A stretch of DNA of 64,000 nt, taken from NCBI GenBank assembly GCA_034780895.1, contig JAUZTB010000033.1:44264700-44328699 (forward strand). The letters run 5' to 3'. The notes beneath the pieces were generated by a model, which was given only the letters and a program-made list of their open reading frames with translations, was not told the DNA's origin and ran no database searches. This document shows positions 12,400 through 24,240 of this stretch, in pieces. Origin of the DNA: Rhynchobatus australiae. Taxonomy: Eukaryota. A program made the position numbers and the translations under genes. Position 1 is the first letter of the stretch; the number at the start of each line of letters is the position of its first letter.

Positions 12400-13830
12400 A
12401 CAAAAATCACTTAGATGGAAGGACCACGTGTATTGTGGCCATATTTGACAACACAAAGAGAAACGGGAAAACAAATTGTGAGAATGACACAGTCTGAAAA
12501 GGGATATATGTAGATTAGGTGATTGAGTATAAATTTGGCAGATGTGAGGAAGTACGAGATTATACAGCTTTACAGCAAAATTAGAAAAGCTGAATATTAT
12601 TTAAATGGACAGACTACAGAATGCTACTAGACTACCAGGTCAAGGCATCCTGCTATATGAAGCACAGTTAACATGCAGCTAGAGCAAGTAATTGGGATGG
12701 CAAATACAGTTTTGACCTTTTTATTGCAAGCAGTACGGAGTGAAGAAGTAGGGAATTCTTGCTACAACCGCATAGAAAACTGGTGAGGTCACAGTACTGC
12801 AAGGAANNNNNNNNNNNNNNNNNNNNNNNNNNNNNNNNNNNNNNNNNNNNNNNNNNNNNNNNNNNNNNNNNNNNNNNNNNNNNNNNNNNNNNNNNNNNNN
12901 NNNNNNNNNNNNNNNNNNNNNNNNNNNNNNNNNNNNNNNNNNNNNNNNNNNNNNNNNNNNNNNNNNNNNNNNNNNNNNNNNNNNNNNNNNNNNNNNNNNN
13001 NNNNNNNNNNNNNNNNNNNNNNNNNNNNNNNNNNNNNNNNNNNNNNNNNNNNNNNNNNNNNNNNNNNNNNNNNNNNNNNNNNNNNNNNNNNNNNNNNNNN
13101 NNNNNNNNNNNNNNNNNNCACAAAAAAAAATCACCATTCCTTCACCACCCTCCCATCCAAATGACAAGTGGCAGTAACATTCATGCCACACAAGTACGAG
13201 GGAATGTTCTTCTTCAACAACTCAGTGTCTAACCAACTATACTTGACATTCAATGACATCACCATTAACAAGCATATACATCATTAACTTCCTGGGAGCC
13301 AGAAACTCAACCAGACCAACCATATAACCACTGTGGCTACAAAAGTAGGTTAAATGCTGGGTACCTTGCTGGAAGCAACTCCTCCAGATACCCCAAAGAT
13401 TTTCTACTACTTACAAGGGAAAGTCAAATGCATGACAAAATACTCTCCTCCAGCCTGGATAAACACTTCTCTAATAACCATAAAGTCCACTCTATCCACC
13501 ACTCTTAAACATTTATTCTCACAACCACTGATATGCCTTGACAGCAGTGTGTACCAACTCCAAATGCACTCCACTCTACGACTGTAGCACCTCCAAAAAC
13601 TACAAGCTCTGCCATACAAGCCATGTGCAGCAGATGTATAAAAACATCACAATTGGCAATCTCCCATCCAAGTCACATACTACACTGATGGAAATAGACC
13701 ACTAGCCCTTCATCAGTGAATCTACATTCTGGGAATTGCTACTCAACAGAACTGTGGAAGCACCTTCAGCAAAATTTTCATCATTTAATGAGGTGGCTTA
13801 CCACCATCCTTTAAATAGAAATTACAGATG
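12400..13830 (+). mobile_element. Decayed CR1 fragments either side of a gap
   Basis: RT remnants (gtggccatatttgacaacacaaag; ctggtgaggtcacagtactg) and the second-subfamily 3' region after the gap. Confidence 0.55.
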
Positions 13831-13859
13831 ATCATTTTCTAAAGAAATGAATACAAAAT

Positions 13860-14420
13860 CTCCCTGGGAATTGCCTTTGTTATCAATGAACTCCAAGCCG
13901 TATATCCCAGATATCACTAATCAGTGCCTATTTTCAGTAACGTTGTCAAACCCTGCCCCTACTTCCACTCACCTGAAATGAAAGCCTCACCCATGCCTTT
14001 GTTTGGCCATTTGACCATTCCATCACACTCCAGTTCAGCCTCTCACCTTCTAAACTCCTAGAAGTGTTTCCAAAACTCTACTGAACAAATCTTAACTTTC
14101 TGTTCAGCTTTTGCTCTAGTGTTTGGTGCCATTTAGGCAACACCTTTAATTCAAATTCTCAACCTTGTTTTCAAACCCCTCCAAGCACGTGCACCCTCTC
14201 CATCTAACCTCTTCCAGCCCTACAAGAAATCCAAACTCCAATTATGGCCTCTAGATCATTCCCAACTTGAATTACTCCACCTTTGGTGCTCATATCTTCA
14301 ACTGTTAAGGCCCAGAGCTATGGAATTCTCTTCCTAGACTTCACCTCTTTCCATTATTTCTATTAATACTCTTTTCTAATCAGCTGCTCTTTTTTGGTCA
14401 ACTGCTTCAACATCTCCCTT
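13860..14420 (+). mobile_element. Decayed L2 LINE 3' region
   Basis: Pyrimidine-rich L2-like C-terminal remnants (ctcacccatgcctttgtt; ttcaaattctcaaccttgttttcaaacccctcc). Confidence 0.5.
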
Positions 14421-15646
14421 TCTAACCACCACTCAGAGATCTTGTACAAGTGTAAGTTACTGCTGGTATCCATAAACTTGTGAGCCCTACAGTTTTAGTT
14501 ATATCTTAATGAACTTGCTATTTTACCTTCACATTTCTATGAAGATTGAGAAATAAGTTTTCAGACCAATAAGGAAAATAATTCTCAGCTGTTCAATGAG
14601 GGCAAGTCACCAGCAACCAAAGAAAAGAGGCCATAGAAGGCCTAGCTTTCGGTTTCTCCAGGGGTGGCATAAAATGGCCAAAGTTAGAACTACCATTGAC
14701 TGCTGTGAAATATAGCAAAAATATTTTTGGCTATTTTCTAGACTTGAATGCATGCAAGGTATTAATATAAATCTCAGTTTATCCTAAATGTAAACATTTT
14801 TCATAACCAAGCCAATGTTCTCCTATTGCACAGATCAGGTTTGCAGGAATTTAAAAATAATTCCTCATAGGTAAATATAGAATTAAGATAACCGAAGCTT
14901 ACCACTTATGCACTTTATATAGAGGAAAATTCAAAACAATAAGAGTGGTGCTCTGTTCTGATACTCTCAAGTATTCATTTAGGTAAAAGAACAAAATTAC
15001 TGCATGGTACACAACAGATCAAAATTCACAACTTAATAATTGTACAGTTATGGTAATACAGCCTCACGCTATTACATGATTGAAAAATTGAATATTATTA
15101 ACAGACATCAAGATGACAATGTTTCCTAAAAACAAAACAACCTTGCAGTGGGTATATTAAATCAGTGATCTCAACCCGAGTATGCAAACCACTGAGCAGG
15201 GAGGAGCTCTTCTCCCCACAGGTTGAAGTGATCATGAGGCATAATAGAGGTAGTTTAGTTTGAAAGCTCAGTAAAAAAGTAAAAGTGAATAAAAACACGC
15301 TCAGCACACTAACTGCCCATCTATAGAGCTGATAGCAGACCCTTTCAACATCAACAACATTAATGATACAGCCACCAGGTCTCAACCAAACCAAAAGGAA
15401 AAATGAAAGAGTTTCTATTTTAACAAATACTGGAGTGATTTCAAGACACATGCTTGCCATTGGAACCTCCTCATCCCATTAGAACATTTTAATCACCAAT
15501 GTAATAAACCCTTCAATATATATTGGATATGTTAAAATATATAATACACATTAACCTTCCAAACTTTTTGTTATATGAAACCTATTACCATTAACCAAAC
15601 TCAATTTACAAGAAACCTATCAACATAGCTGCATTAATTGTGTGGC

Positions 15647-15895
15647 TATAGCGGCTTACCGTTAACGAACTGGCTCCCGCAATCGCGAGCATTGGAGGCC
15701 CCAATCCAAGATGGCGCAAGGCACTCCTCCTTCGGTGGGCTCGGAAAGCCCACGCGCGGGAAGGTCACGTGACCCACGCGTGACTCAGCGCGGGAACTGA
15801 GAGTATTAAAGAGGCAGCACGCCCCGGTCGTTCATTCGACCCTTTGATTTCAAACAAGTGTCTCATGTCTTTATTCACCGTAGCTAGCTGCTACA
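15647..15895 (+). mobile_element. 5' LTR of a Gypsy/Ty3 LTR retrotransposon
   Basis: Imperfect terminal inverted repeats TATAGCGGCT...AGCTGCTACA (alternative start TGTGGC at 15641). CpG-rich and immediately followed by a PBS. Confidence 0.8.
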
Positions 15896-15896
15896 T

Positions 15897-15909
15897 TGGT
15901 GACCCTGAC
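15897..15909 (+). promoter_or_regulatory. Primer-binding site complementary to tRNA-Trp 3' end
   Basis: TGGTGACCCTGAC 1 nt after the LTR end. Vertebrate tRNA-Trp ends ...GTCGGGGTCACCA, giving one mismatch. Confidence 0.8.
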
Positions 15910-15934
15910 AGGCCCAAACGTTTCCAGACCCACA

Positions 15935-16189
15935 ATGTCGGCACAACAAGATGTACTGGCAGTAGCCCTTAAGCTGCCCACCTTTTGGACCCTCTGGCTT
16001 CGTGTCTGGTTCGACCAGGCCGAGGCCCAGTTCCAGATTCGCCAGATCACCAGGAATGACACCAAGTATTACTACGTGGTGAGCACCCTCAACCAAGACA
16101 CCACAACCCAGGTTGAGGACTTTATCTAGGTGCCCCCGGAGGAGGATAAGTATGTTAAGTTCAAAACCCTCCTTCTTCAGTCTTCCAGC
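15935..16189 (+). pseudogene. Gypsy gag N-terminus (DUF7041-like) with in-frame stop at 16127-16129, truncated by gap
   Basis: MSAQQDVLAVALKLPTFW..WFDQAEAQFQIRQITRNDTKYYYVVSTL..DFI*VPPEEDKYVKFKTLLL carries the KLPxFW / WFxQxEAQF / TKYxYVV signature. Confidence 0.85.
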
Positions 16190-17364
16190 NNNNNNNNNNN
16201 NNNNNNNNNNNNNNNNNNNNNNNNNNNNNNNNNNNNNNNNNNNNNNNNNNNNNNNNNNNNNNNNNNNNNNNNNNNNNNNNNNNNNNNNNGACATCTGAAG
16301 TACTATATCACCAAATCAGTAAATAGTTTTAATCAGAGCAACAGCATTAATGAAAGCAGCACCAGAATAATCATGCAACATCTTTCAATATTTTGAAAGT
16401 TTTCAATCTTAAGATATAAACTAATCGGAAGAAACAAATCATTCCAAGAGCTTTGTGCTTCATGAACCACCATCCAGAATTTGTCAAAAAGCATAGATCA
16501 ATACAAGCATCTTTTTGAAAAAATAATGAATTCTAAATAAAACTTTTTTCCAATTCAGAACTTATAAAAAGAGAATGTATAACAATGATGTGTAATCATT
16601 GATGCTGATTTGCCTGACAACAATGAGCGACAATAATAAACCAATACCAATACCCTTAATAAACATGAACAAAGCCACACTGCATCCATCCCATTCAATA
16701 CTGTACTGGGCAAATTACAAAGTCAAAACTAAATACAACTGAAGGGGAAATGATATGCAGGTGAGAACAGGATATAACTGGAATTAGTTCAAGAGCATGC
16801 AAGGAAANNNNNNNNNNNNNNNNNNNNNNNNNNNNNNNNNNNNNNNNNNNNNNNNNNNNNNNNNNNNNNNNNNNNNNNNNNNNNNNNNNNNNNNNNNNNN
16901 NNNNNNNNNNNNNNNNNNNNNNNNNNNNNNNNNNNNNNNNNNNNNNNNNNNNNAGTCCTATTGCGCATTTTAACTAGTATTCCAACATTTTCCTCTGCCT
17001 GTTGCATCCCATCTGGCTTTAAAATCCATTCTCTGAATTAAAACTTCACTTCTTCTATGCAGCCCAAGTACATTGACACCTTCTTTCCCAGCCTATTTTT
17101 TTTAAACAAAAGGTTCATTTGAAGAAATAAACTAAACCTGCTATTTTTTAAAATGACTTTAAAATGGCAAACTATGAAGGAAAGAACCAGGCAGCTGCCA
17201 AGCTAAAAGAGCATGAATGATTCTACTTCAGAATAGCTTTTTGCACTTAAGATAATTAAAAATCTTGGGTACTTCAAGCATTGTGTACATTCCAGTAAAA
17301 CTTTTCCTGCATACTACTAAAACACTACTGTCAAGAAATGTTTACATATCATCTGTCTGAGAAA

Positions 17365-18800
17365 GAAACATAGGATGAGGCCATTTAGTTATTCAAGCCT
17401 GCAATGAGATCATGGCAGATGTTTGACTGTGTAATCTTCATTAATTAACGAAATACATCACTCAGGTTTAAAATGAACTGATTGAACGGAAATTGCTATT
17501 TGTGAAAATAAGTTCCAAACGTCAAATACCTTTTGCTTCCTAATCACTCCTGAAAGGCCTGGATTTAAACTTTTAGTCCTGTACTCCCATTAGCAGAGAT
17601 GCTTCTTGCATTTCACCAGTTTCCTTAATGAATTCTTTGATCTAATCTCTCTTAGCCTTATAAATTTTATGGAGTACAGCTTAACATTGTGTAATTCCCT
17701 CCTCTTAAGTTAAATCTTGGAGACCATGTATTATTCTGTTAACCTAAATGGCATTCCCCAACTTGGAGGGTCAATTTATCCTTACTAAGATATATGCCAA
17801 GAACTGCTATTGGTATTCCAGATGTTATTTTTGCCTCTATACAACTGCACCATAATTTTTATCAACCTGTATTTCAGCCCTCCAGATACAAAGGCCTGCA
17901 TTCATTCCTCTCACTGATTTTAAAGATCAGCATGCAAGGACCCCAAATCTCTCTGAACCTGGTCCTTCAAGATTTTCACAATATAGAAAGTATTCTGTTC
18001 CATCCTTTTCAAAATGAACAACCTCACATTTGCTTTATCTGAAATAATATGCCACAGCTGTGCCCATTTCACTTAACCGATTAATATCCTTTTGCAATGT
18101 ATTGCTTCCATCTACACCCTTACAATGTCACCTATTACTGTGTCATCAATTAACTATTTCCAAATTATGAATACAGTGAACTGTGCCTCTGACACACAAG
18201 CCTGCAGGACACCATTACTCTGATTGAGCTAATATGAGCATCTGTTCACCATTCCATTTTCCAACTCCTGACACCTTTGCTAATTTCCTAAATAAGTCAA
18301 TCATTTTTCTTCAGTTCTACAAGTTTCAATGTTCGCTCCCAGCCTCGTGACAGACTTTGTCAAATGCCTTTCAAAGCCCAATTAAATAACATCCTTTGAC
18401 ATTCACTGATCCACTAGTCATCTCTTTCGAGAAGCAAAGAGATGACTAGTTATCTCTAGTTATGACTAGAAAGGTTATATTACACCTATAACAAATCCAT
18501 GATGGTTCTTTGTGAACAACTAAAACTTTTCTGTTACTCCAGTCTTAACTTTAAACACCAGTAATTTTCCTTTAACAATTATTAGGCTAAATGCTCTGTG
18601 ATTTCCTGCTGTCCCTCTCATTTCTAAAATGGACAATTTTCTAATCTAAAGAAACAGTCCCAGATCAAGAAGATTTTGGAAGATTATTGTTATGGCATCT
18701 GTAAAGTTACTGTCAATTACTTTCAAAATAATGGAATGGAAACCATTTTGTCTTGTTTATCTCTTCAATCCTATTTTCTTCATTTGTATACATTAATTTT
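17365..18800 (-). mobile_element. Decayed CR1 LINE, minus strand
   Basis: 3' end at about 17365 (aacataggatgaggccatttag...caagcctgc). Reverse-complement RT remnants such as ctttgtcaaatgcctttc (KAFDK). Confidence 0.65.
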
Positions 18801-18999
18801 GGTGAGACCCTATTCCTTGTTAAATATTAATTTTCTAGATATTCAACATGTGCTCTTCATCTACTGTGAACAATGAGAAACAATTATCAAAAACTGACAT
18901 GGTCAGTTACTGAGAAATGCAATTAATGTGGCAGCATCAACTTAATGCAGGTAATGGACCTTATTTTGCATGCAACTTAAACATTAATGGAATCCCTCA

Positions 19000-20705
19000 G
19001 TTCTGTATTTATATACATAAATCCCTTTGAAAATGATGCCAGAGATATCATTATGGGGAACAAGGATGGCAGGGGAGTTAAATGGATATTTTGCATCAGT
19101 CTTTATGATAAAAGATACTACAGAGATCCCACTCATGCCAAAAAAAAACAAGCTATAAATAAATACCATCACCAATCACAAAAAAATTATTACACAAACT
19201 AATGGGGCTAAAGGCTGTTAAGACCCTGGACCTGATAGCTTGCATTCTCAGACCCCAGAGATGGTAGATGCATTGGTTGTAATCTTCCAAAAACCTTTAG
19301 GTTCNNNNNNNNNNNTGGAAAACTGTCAGTGTAATTCCTTTTTAAAAAAAAAGTGGGATGCAAAGAACATAACAAAGGTAATTTTAGGCTCATTAGCTGA
19401 ATATCTATGATTGGAAAATACTAGGATCAATTAGTAAAGAGGCAGCAGCAGAACATTTGATCGCGTAGAGTCAGCATGGCTTCAGAAAGTAGTAATCATG
19501 TCTGCCAAATTTATGAGTGTTCCTGAAAGAGTTATCAGCCAGATTTTCTAAGGTGAACCACAACTTCAAAAGGTGCTTGGGAAGGTCCTATACAAAATAT
19601 TATTTTACAAGATTAGAGGTCATAGTGATGGAGATTATATATTAACATGCATAGAGGCTTGGCTAGCCAGCAGGAAGCAGCAAATAGCAATAGGAGGTCA
19701 TTTTCAGGTTGGCAACCTGTAATCATCGAGGTGCTGCAGGGATCACAGTTGGAACCACGGCTGCTTACAATATATATTAATGATTTAGAAAAAGGAAGTG
19801 AATGTACTGTAGCCAAATTTGCAGATGATACAAAAGTAGAGGGAAGTGGGGGTGTAGGGAGTTGGAGAGCCAAGCTGTGAGGAGAATACAGTTTATAATG
19901 AGATAGCGATAGGTTAAGTGAGTGGGCAAACAAAGTTAAAAAACAGCAAAATGTAAAATTGTTCACTTTGGCGGGGGAAAAAAGACAAAACAAATTGGGG
20001 AAAGACTGCAAAATAACTACAAAGGAAATTAGGAGTCCCCACGAATGAAACAAAAAAAGTGACCATACGGGAGTGGCAGATGTTTGAAGGCTAATGTAAT
20101 ACTGGCTTCTACTTCAAGGGAAATGAAATATAAAAGTTGGAAAGTCTTACTACAACTCTCCAAGGCACAAGGATGACCATTTCTGAAGTACTGTGTTCAA
20201 TTTTGGTCACATTATTAAAAGGAAAGATATATTAGGTAGTTTACCAGGATGTTGGGTATACAGAGATCATCTTATGAGTGAAAGTTGAACAGATTGAGTC
20301 TTTACTCATTGGTTTAGAAGAATCAGACATGATCTTACTGAAATACAAACTTTCTAGCAGGCTTAACAAGGTAAATGTTAGAAGGAAGTTTCTCCTCATG
20401 GTAGAGCCTAAGGCCAGAGGGCTTAGTCTCAAAATAATNNNNNNNNNNNNNNNNAAGAATAGGAATTTGTTCTTTCAAACAGTGATGAGTCTTTGGAATT
20501 CTTTGTTTCGAAAAGCCATGGAGGCTGAAGATAGTCAAAGCTGAGGTGCATTGGTTTTTTAATCATCAAGGGATTTGAGGATAAAGTGAGAAAGTGGAAT
20601 TAACAAAATTGGAATTAATGGAAGGTGGTTCAGCTATGGTCCCATGGAATGGCAGAGCAGGCTCGAGGGGCCAAATGCCCTACTTCTGTTCCAATTTCTT
20701 ATGGT
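19000..20705 (+). mobile_element. Decayed CR1 LINE ORF2 (RT) through 3'UTR
   Basis: ORF 19647..19880 FSGWQPV..LQGSQLEPRLLTIYINDLEKGSECTVAKFADDTKV. 3'UTR gggccaaatgccctacttctgttccaatttcttatg. Confidence 0.88.
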
Positions 20706-22039
20706 TAACTTTCACATGAAACTGGATGGACATTCAAGCTTTCTCTATGCTGGTTATATAATTCTTCAGATTATTTAATATCTACATTAGTACTGGCTAA
20801 TGAACTATTTATTTGGAGCTTAATTACAACACATTAAATCAAAAGGGGTTTGTGGAAACTCCTGAAGTGAAATTGATGCATCCAATTTACAAATGTCAAT
20901 AGAACTCTGAGAACAATTAAAACAAATCTCTCCATCACAAATGGTAGGTTTGAACTAACCTTGAGACATGAACCCATCATTTGCAACATTATGAGTTTGG
21001 GTTTAGTGGGAGTTGTGGAGGGAGATATAAAATGGAAACAAAACGATACATAGCTACACTAACAAATGTTGCTTTTGAGTATTATTGCACCATCTGGACT
21101 ACATCCTTCAAACATCTGTAACTAAATCTCGCAATTGACTCGCTTCTTAACAAGATACAATTGAACATGCTTTAACTTCCATTAACCATTATGCAGGAAA
21201 ATCCTAAAATGTACAGGGTCAATCAATTTACCACCATTTGAAGAGGTTTAACTTTCTTCCAACTACTGTCAATCATCAGTACAATGCCATGTGCTCCCAA
21301 TTAATCTGGTATGGACAAAAAGACATTCAATACTGCATGGCAAGCTTATGATTACATTTTTAATTGACCAATCAACTAAAAGATCTTCCTCTATCTGGCG
21401 ACTTTTAGAAGCATGCTGATGAAATCATTGCTTACAAATTTTTTTCAGTACTGATGATCTTATCTTTTATTTCTGTTCGCTAAACATCCAACTGAATTTT
21501 ATGAAATGAACATTTCAAATTTTACAAAGAAAAATGCTGTAAATCTCAGCAATGCCATTTGACAATCTCAACAAGAGGATCAAATTATAATGTTAATGCA
21601 GGGACAAACAAGACATGCCTTCCAAACACTTCAATTTTAAACCAGATAATGTAACTAATGATAGGAGAGTCCTAATTGCAATGTAGCAAGATACTAGGTT
21701 CTCAATTCTAATCTTTCCTTCCTACATTCCATCAGTTTACTCTTAATCAGATTTTAACTCTGTTGTATCATCCCAATCCTTCCTTTCTTCAAACTCTTGT
21801 CAATTTACTTACACCTTGCAATGGATAACAGACAGGAAACAAACAAAATTAATTACATCAATGAACTGGAAATGTAAAATTATTCCAGTCATTTATTGAG
21901 TTTATTCTAAAGACACCATGTTTTACAGTTATATTACAACTGTAACTAAGATATGACTTTTTAGCTTCACAAAATTGCCAAATAGCCTTATTATACAAAC
22001 ACCCAAACCTATCTTTCAAAACCAGTCAAAATTTTCTTG

Positions 22040-22206
22040 TTCTCAACCCCTCATTCTTCGCAAAGTATCTCCTCATAAGCATCCTACTTTCATGGAACAT
22101 AATATCACTCTCAAATTCATGTCAACCTTCCCTAAGTTTCATATAAAGTTCTTCCAATCAGGTGTCTGATCCTCCCAAAGTACCCTGTACAATGTTGATC
22201 CACATA
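22040..22206 (+). repeat. 167-bp near-identical copy of 28027-28193, ending at a gap
   Basis: Only three C/T differences by manual comparison. Confidence 0.9.
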
Positions 22207-23309
22207 NNNNNNNNNNNNNNNNNNNNNNNNNNNNNNNNNNNNNNNNNNNNNNNNNNNNNNNNNNNNNNNNNNNNNNNNNNNNNNNNNNNNNNNNNNNNNN
22301 NNNNNNTATAGTAATTGGGTTTAGACTCACAGCCCTGAGTTTTGTGGACAGTCCCTGGAGTATTCATTTAAAGACTGCCACTCCTTTGAAAGTTGCAGAG
22401 GTGGGGGACATTCATTGATTCAAAGGAAAAAAGGCCCCTCTCCTTTGGTATGCAGGAGTTGCACAGGATATTAAAGACACCCAGTACTTTATCGTGAGGG
22501 ACCGTGCAGAGGGGGAGGGGGAAATATTTCCTAAGTCTTTAATTGACTTTAAATGGCTGTAATATATTTGCCAGCTATTAAAAGCATCAGGAATAGTTTA
22601 TTTTTTTTATCCCCTCAGCCACTCAAGTATGCATTACAAGCATTTTCAGAAACTTGGTGAAATGATCCAGGGCTGAGGAATCATCTGGATAAGCTTTGCA
22701 AAATGACCCTGTTTAGGCCACAGTAACAAAGTATGGAATAACTTATTGTCCAAATCAAACCAGATCTTTCACTATGCAGTACAATTCAGATCTTCATACA
22801 GTAAATATATACAATATTTTTGCTACATGTATGTTATAATAGGTTGTCTTTGTACATTGAACACCTCAAGTAGATTAGCTGGATGTTACTATCACATCTC
22901 ATTGAGGGATATCTCTGAACAGATTGACTTCTGGTTTGTTATCTTACAAATCTAGTCCAGCATATCGTACCACAGAATTGCTCAGCTGATTAATCTTTTG
23001 CTGCCTAAATGGAATACTTTCCAAACTAATAGAGGTAGTTTTGCCAATTATAAAGTGATGTTACTATCCTGTCAGTGTTGATGTGATGCTTACAGTTTAA
23101 CCTAAGAATCCATCTTACATAGCTATAAATTAAGAATTTAAACCATTTCATTTTTGAGCATTTCTGCCATAGGTAACTCTATTCAGAAATAGAATCATTA
23201 AACATTGTAGCTGTGTGGTCACATACGTAGTCGAAGCTTCAATAGATAACTAAGGGATCCAAAATGAAGGTTATTAGAAATGAATCTATCTGTTAAGTGC
23301 ACCTTGCCT

Positions 23310-23333
23310 TTTACATTTACATTTACATTTACA
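23310..23333 (+). repeat. (TTTACA)4 microsatellite
   Basis: tttacatttacatttacatttaca seen directly. Confidence 0.8.
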
Positions 23334-24112
23334 TATATTTCCAGTAGTTTACTTTGCACATATATAATTGTCCCAGTCACTAAACCATAAATGACCAAAC
23401 ATTAGCTTTGTTGTCAGCGGAAGTAAAGAAAAATTACAGCAAAGCTTCATAATATATCATTCTAATTTGTGTTGTATCCATTTGCTCTCCTGTACTGTGT
23501 TGCATCTTTAGGCAGCCCCAGGGCAGGAAGGAACCTATTGTAAACAAGCCTTCAAAGTTAACTGGAAAATCCGCTACAAATGCCTTTAATAAATAAACCA
23601 AAGAGGACCAGCTGATCATTAACTAAATAGAAAGGTTTCAATCCGATTGCTTGCTGTATTGCCGCTGACCTTGTGGCACTGGTGGTTAAACACAATACCC
23701 ACCATGGCTACTAAAAACTGACAAAACAAAATCCCTCCTCCCTCTTCTTCTCACCAATCATACATTGTTCCATCATTTCAAATCTAATCAACTGTTCTTT
23801 CATCCATTCTTTTTGCTCTTGTTCATTTTTTAAATGTTTATTTTGCAATCTGCCTACTTTTGTTCCATCCCATTTACTTACTTCACTTTGGTCCTTGTTG
23901 TTTTTCCTGTCTAATTTAAGTGATCGTCTCACATTCTCCTTAATTAATAGGTGGCACCACTCTATAAACTTTGTATGAGGGATCTTAGACACCTATCACT
24001 GGAATATATCCATGGTCATTATGAAGGAATTTGCCAGTGACCAAGACAAAACTGACTTGTCATAAATTCAGGGTGTCTGTCAAAACCCATCTCCTTCTGA
24101 TTGAGAGATTGT

Positions 24113-24240
24113 TGTTTGATACAAGGTCATTGACCTGTAATGTTAACTCTGTTTCTCTCTCTACAAGTGCTGCTTGACCAGCTGAGCATTTCCAGCATTT
24201 TATGTTTTATTTTAGATAGCCATCATCTGCATTACTTTGC
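24113..24240 (+). mobile_element. Penelope-like terminal fragment with degenerate hammerhead motif
   Basis: tgatacaAGGTCAtTGACCTgtaatgttaactctgtttctctct...gctgagcatttccagcatttt...catctgc. Confidence 0.6.
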
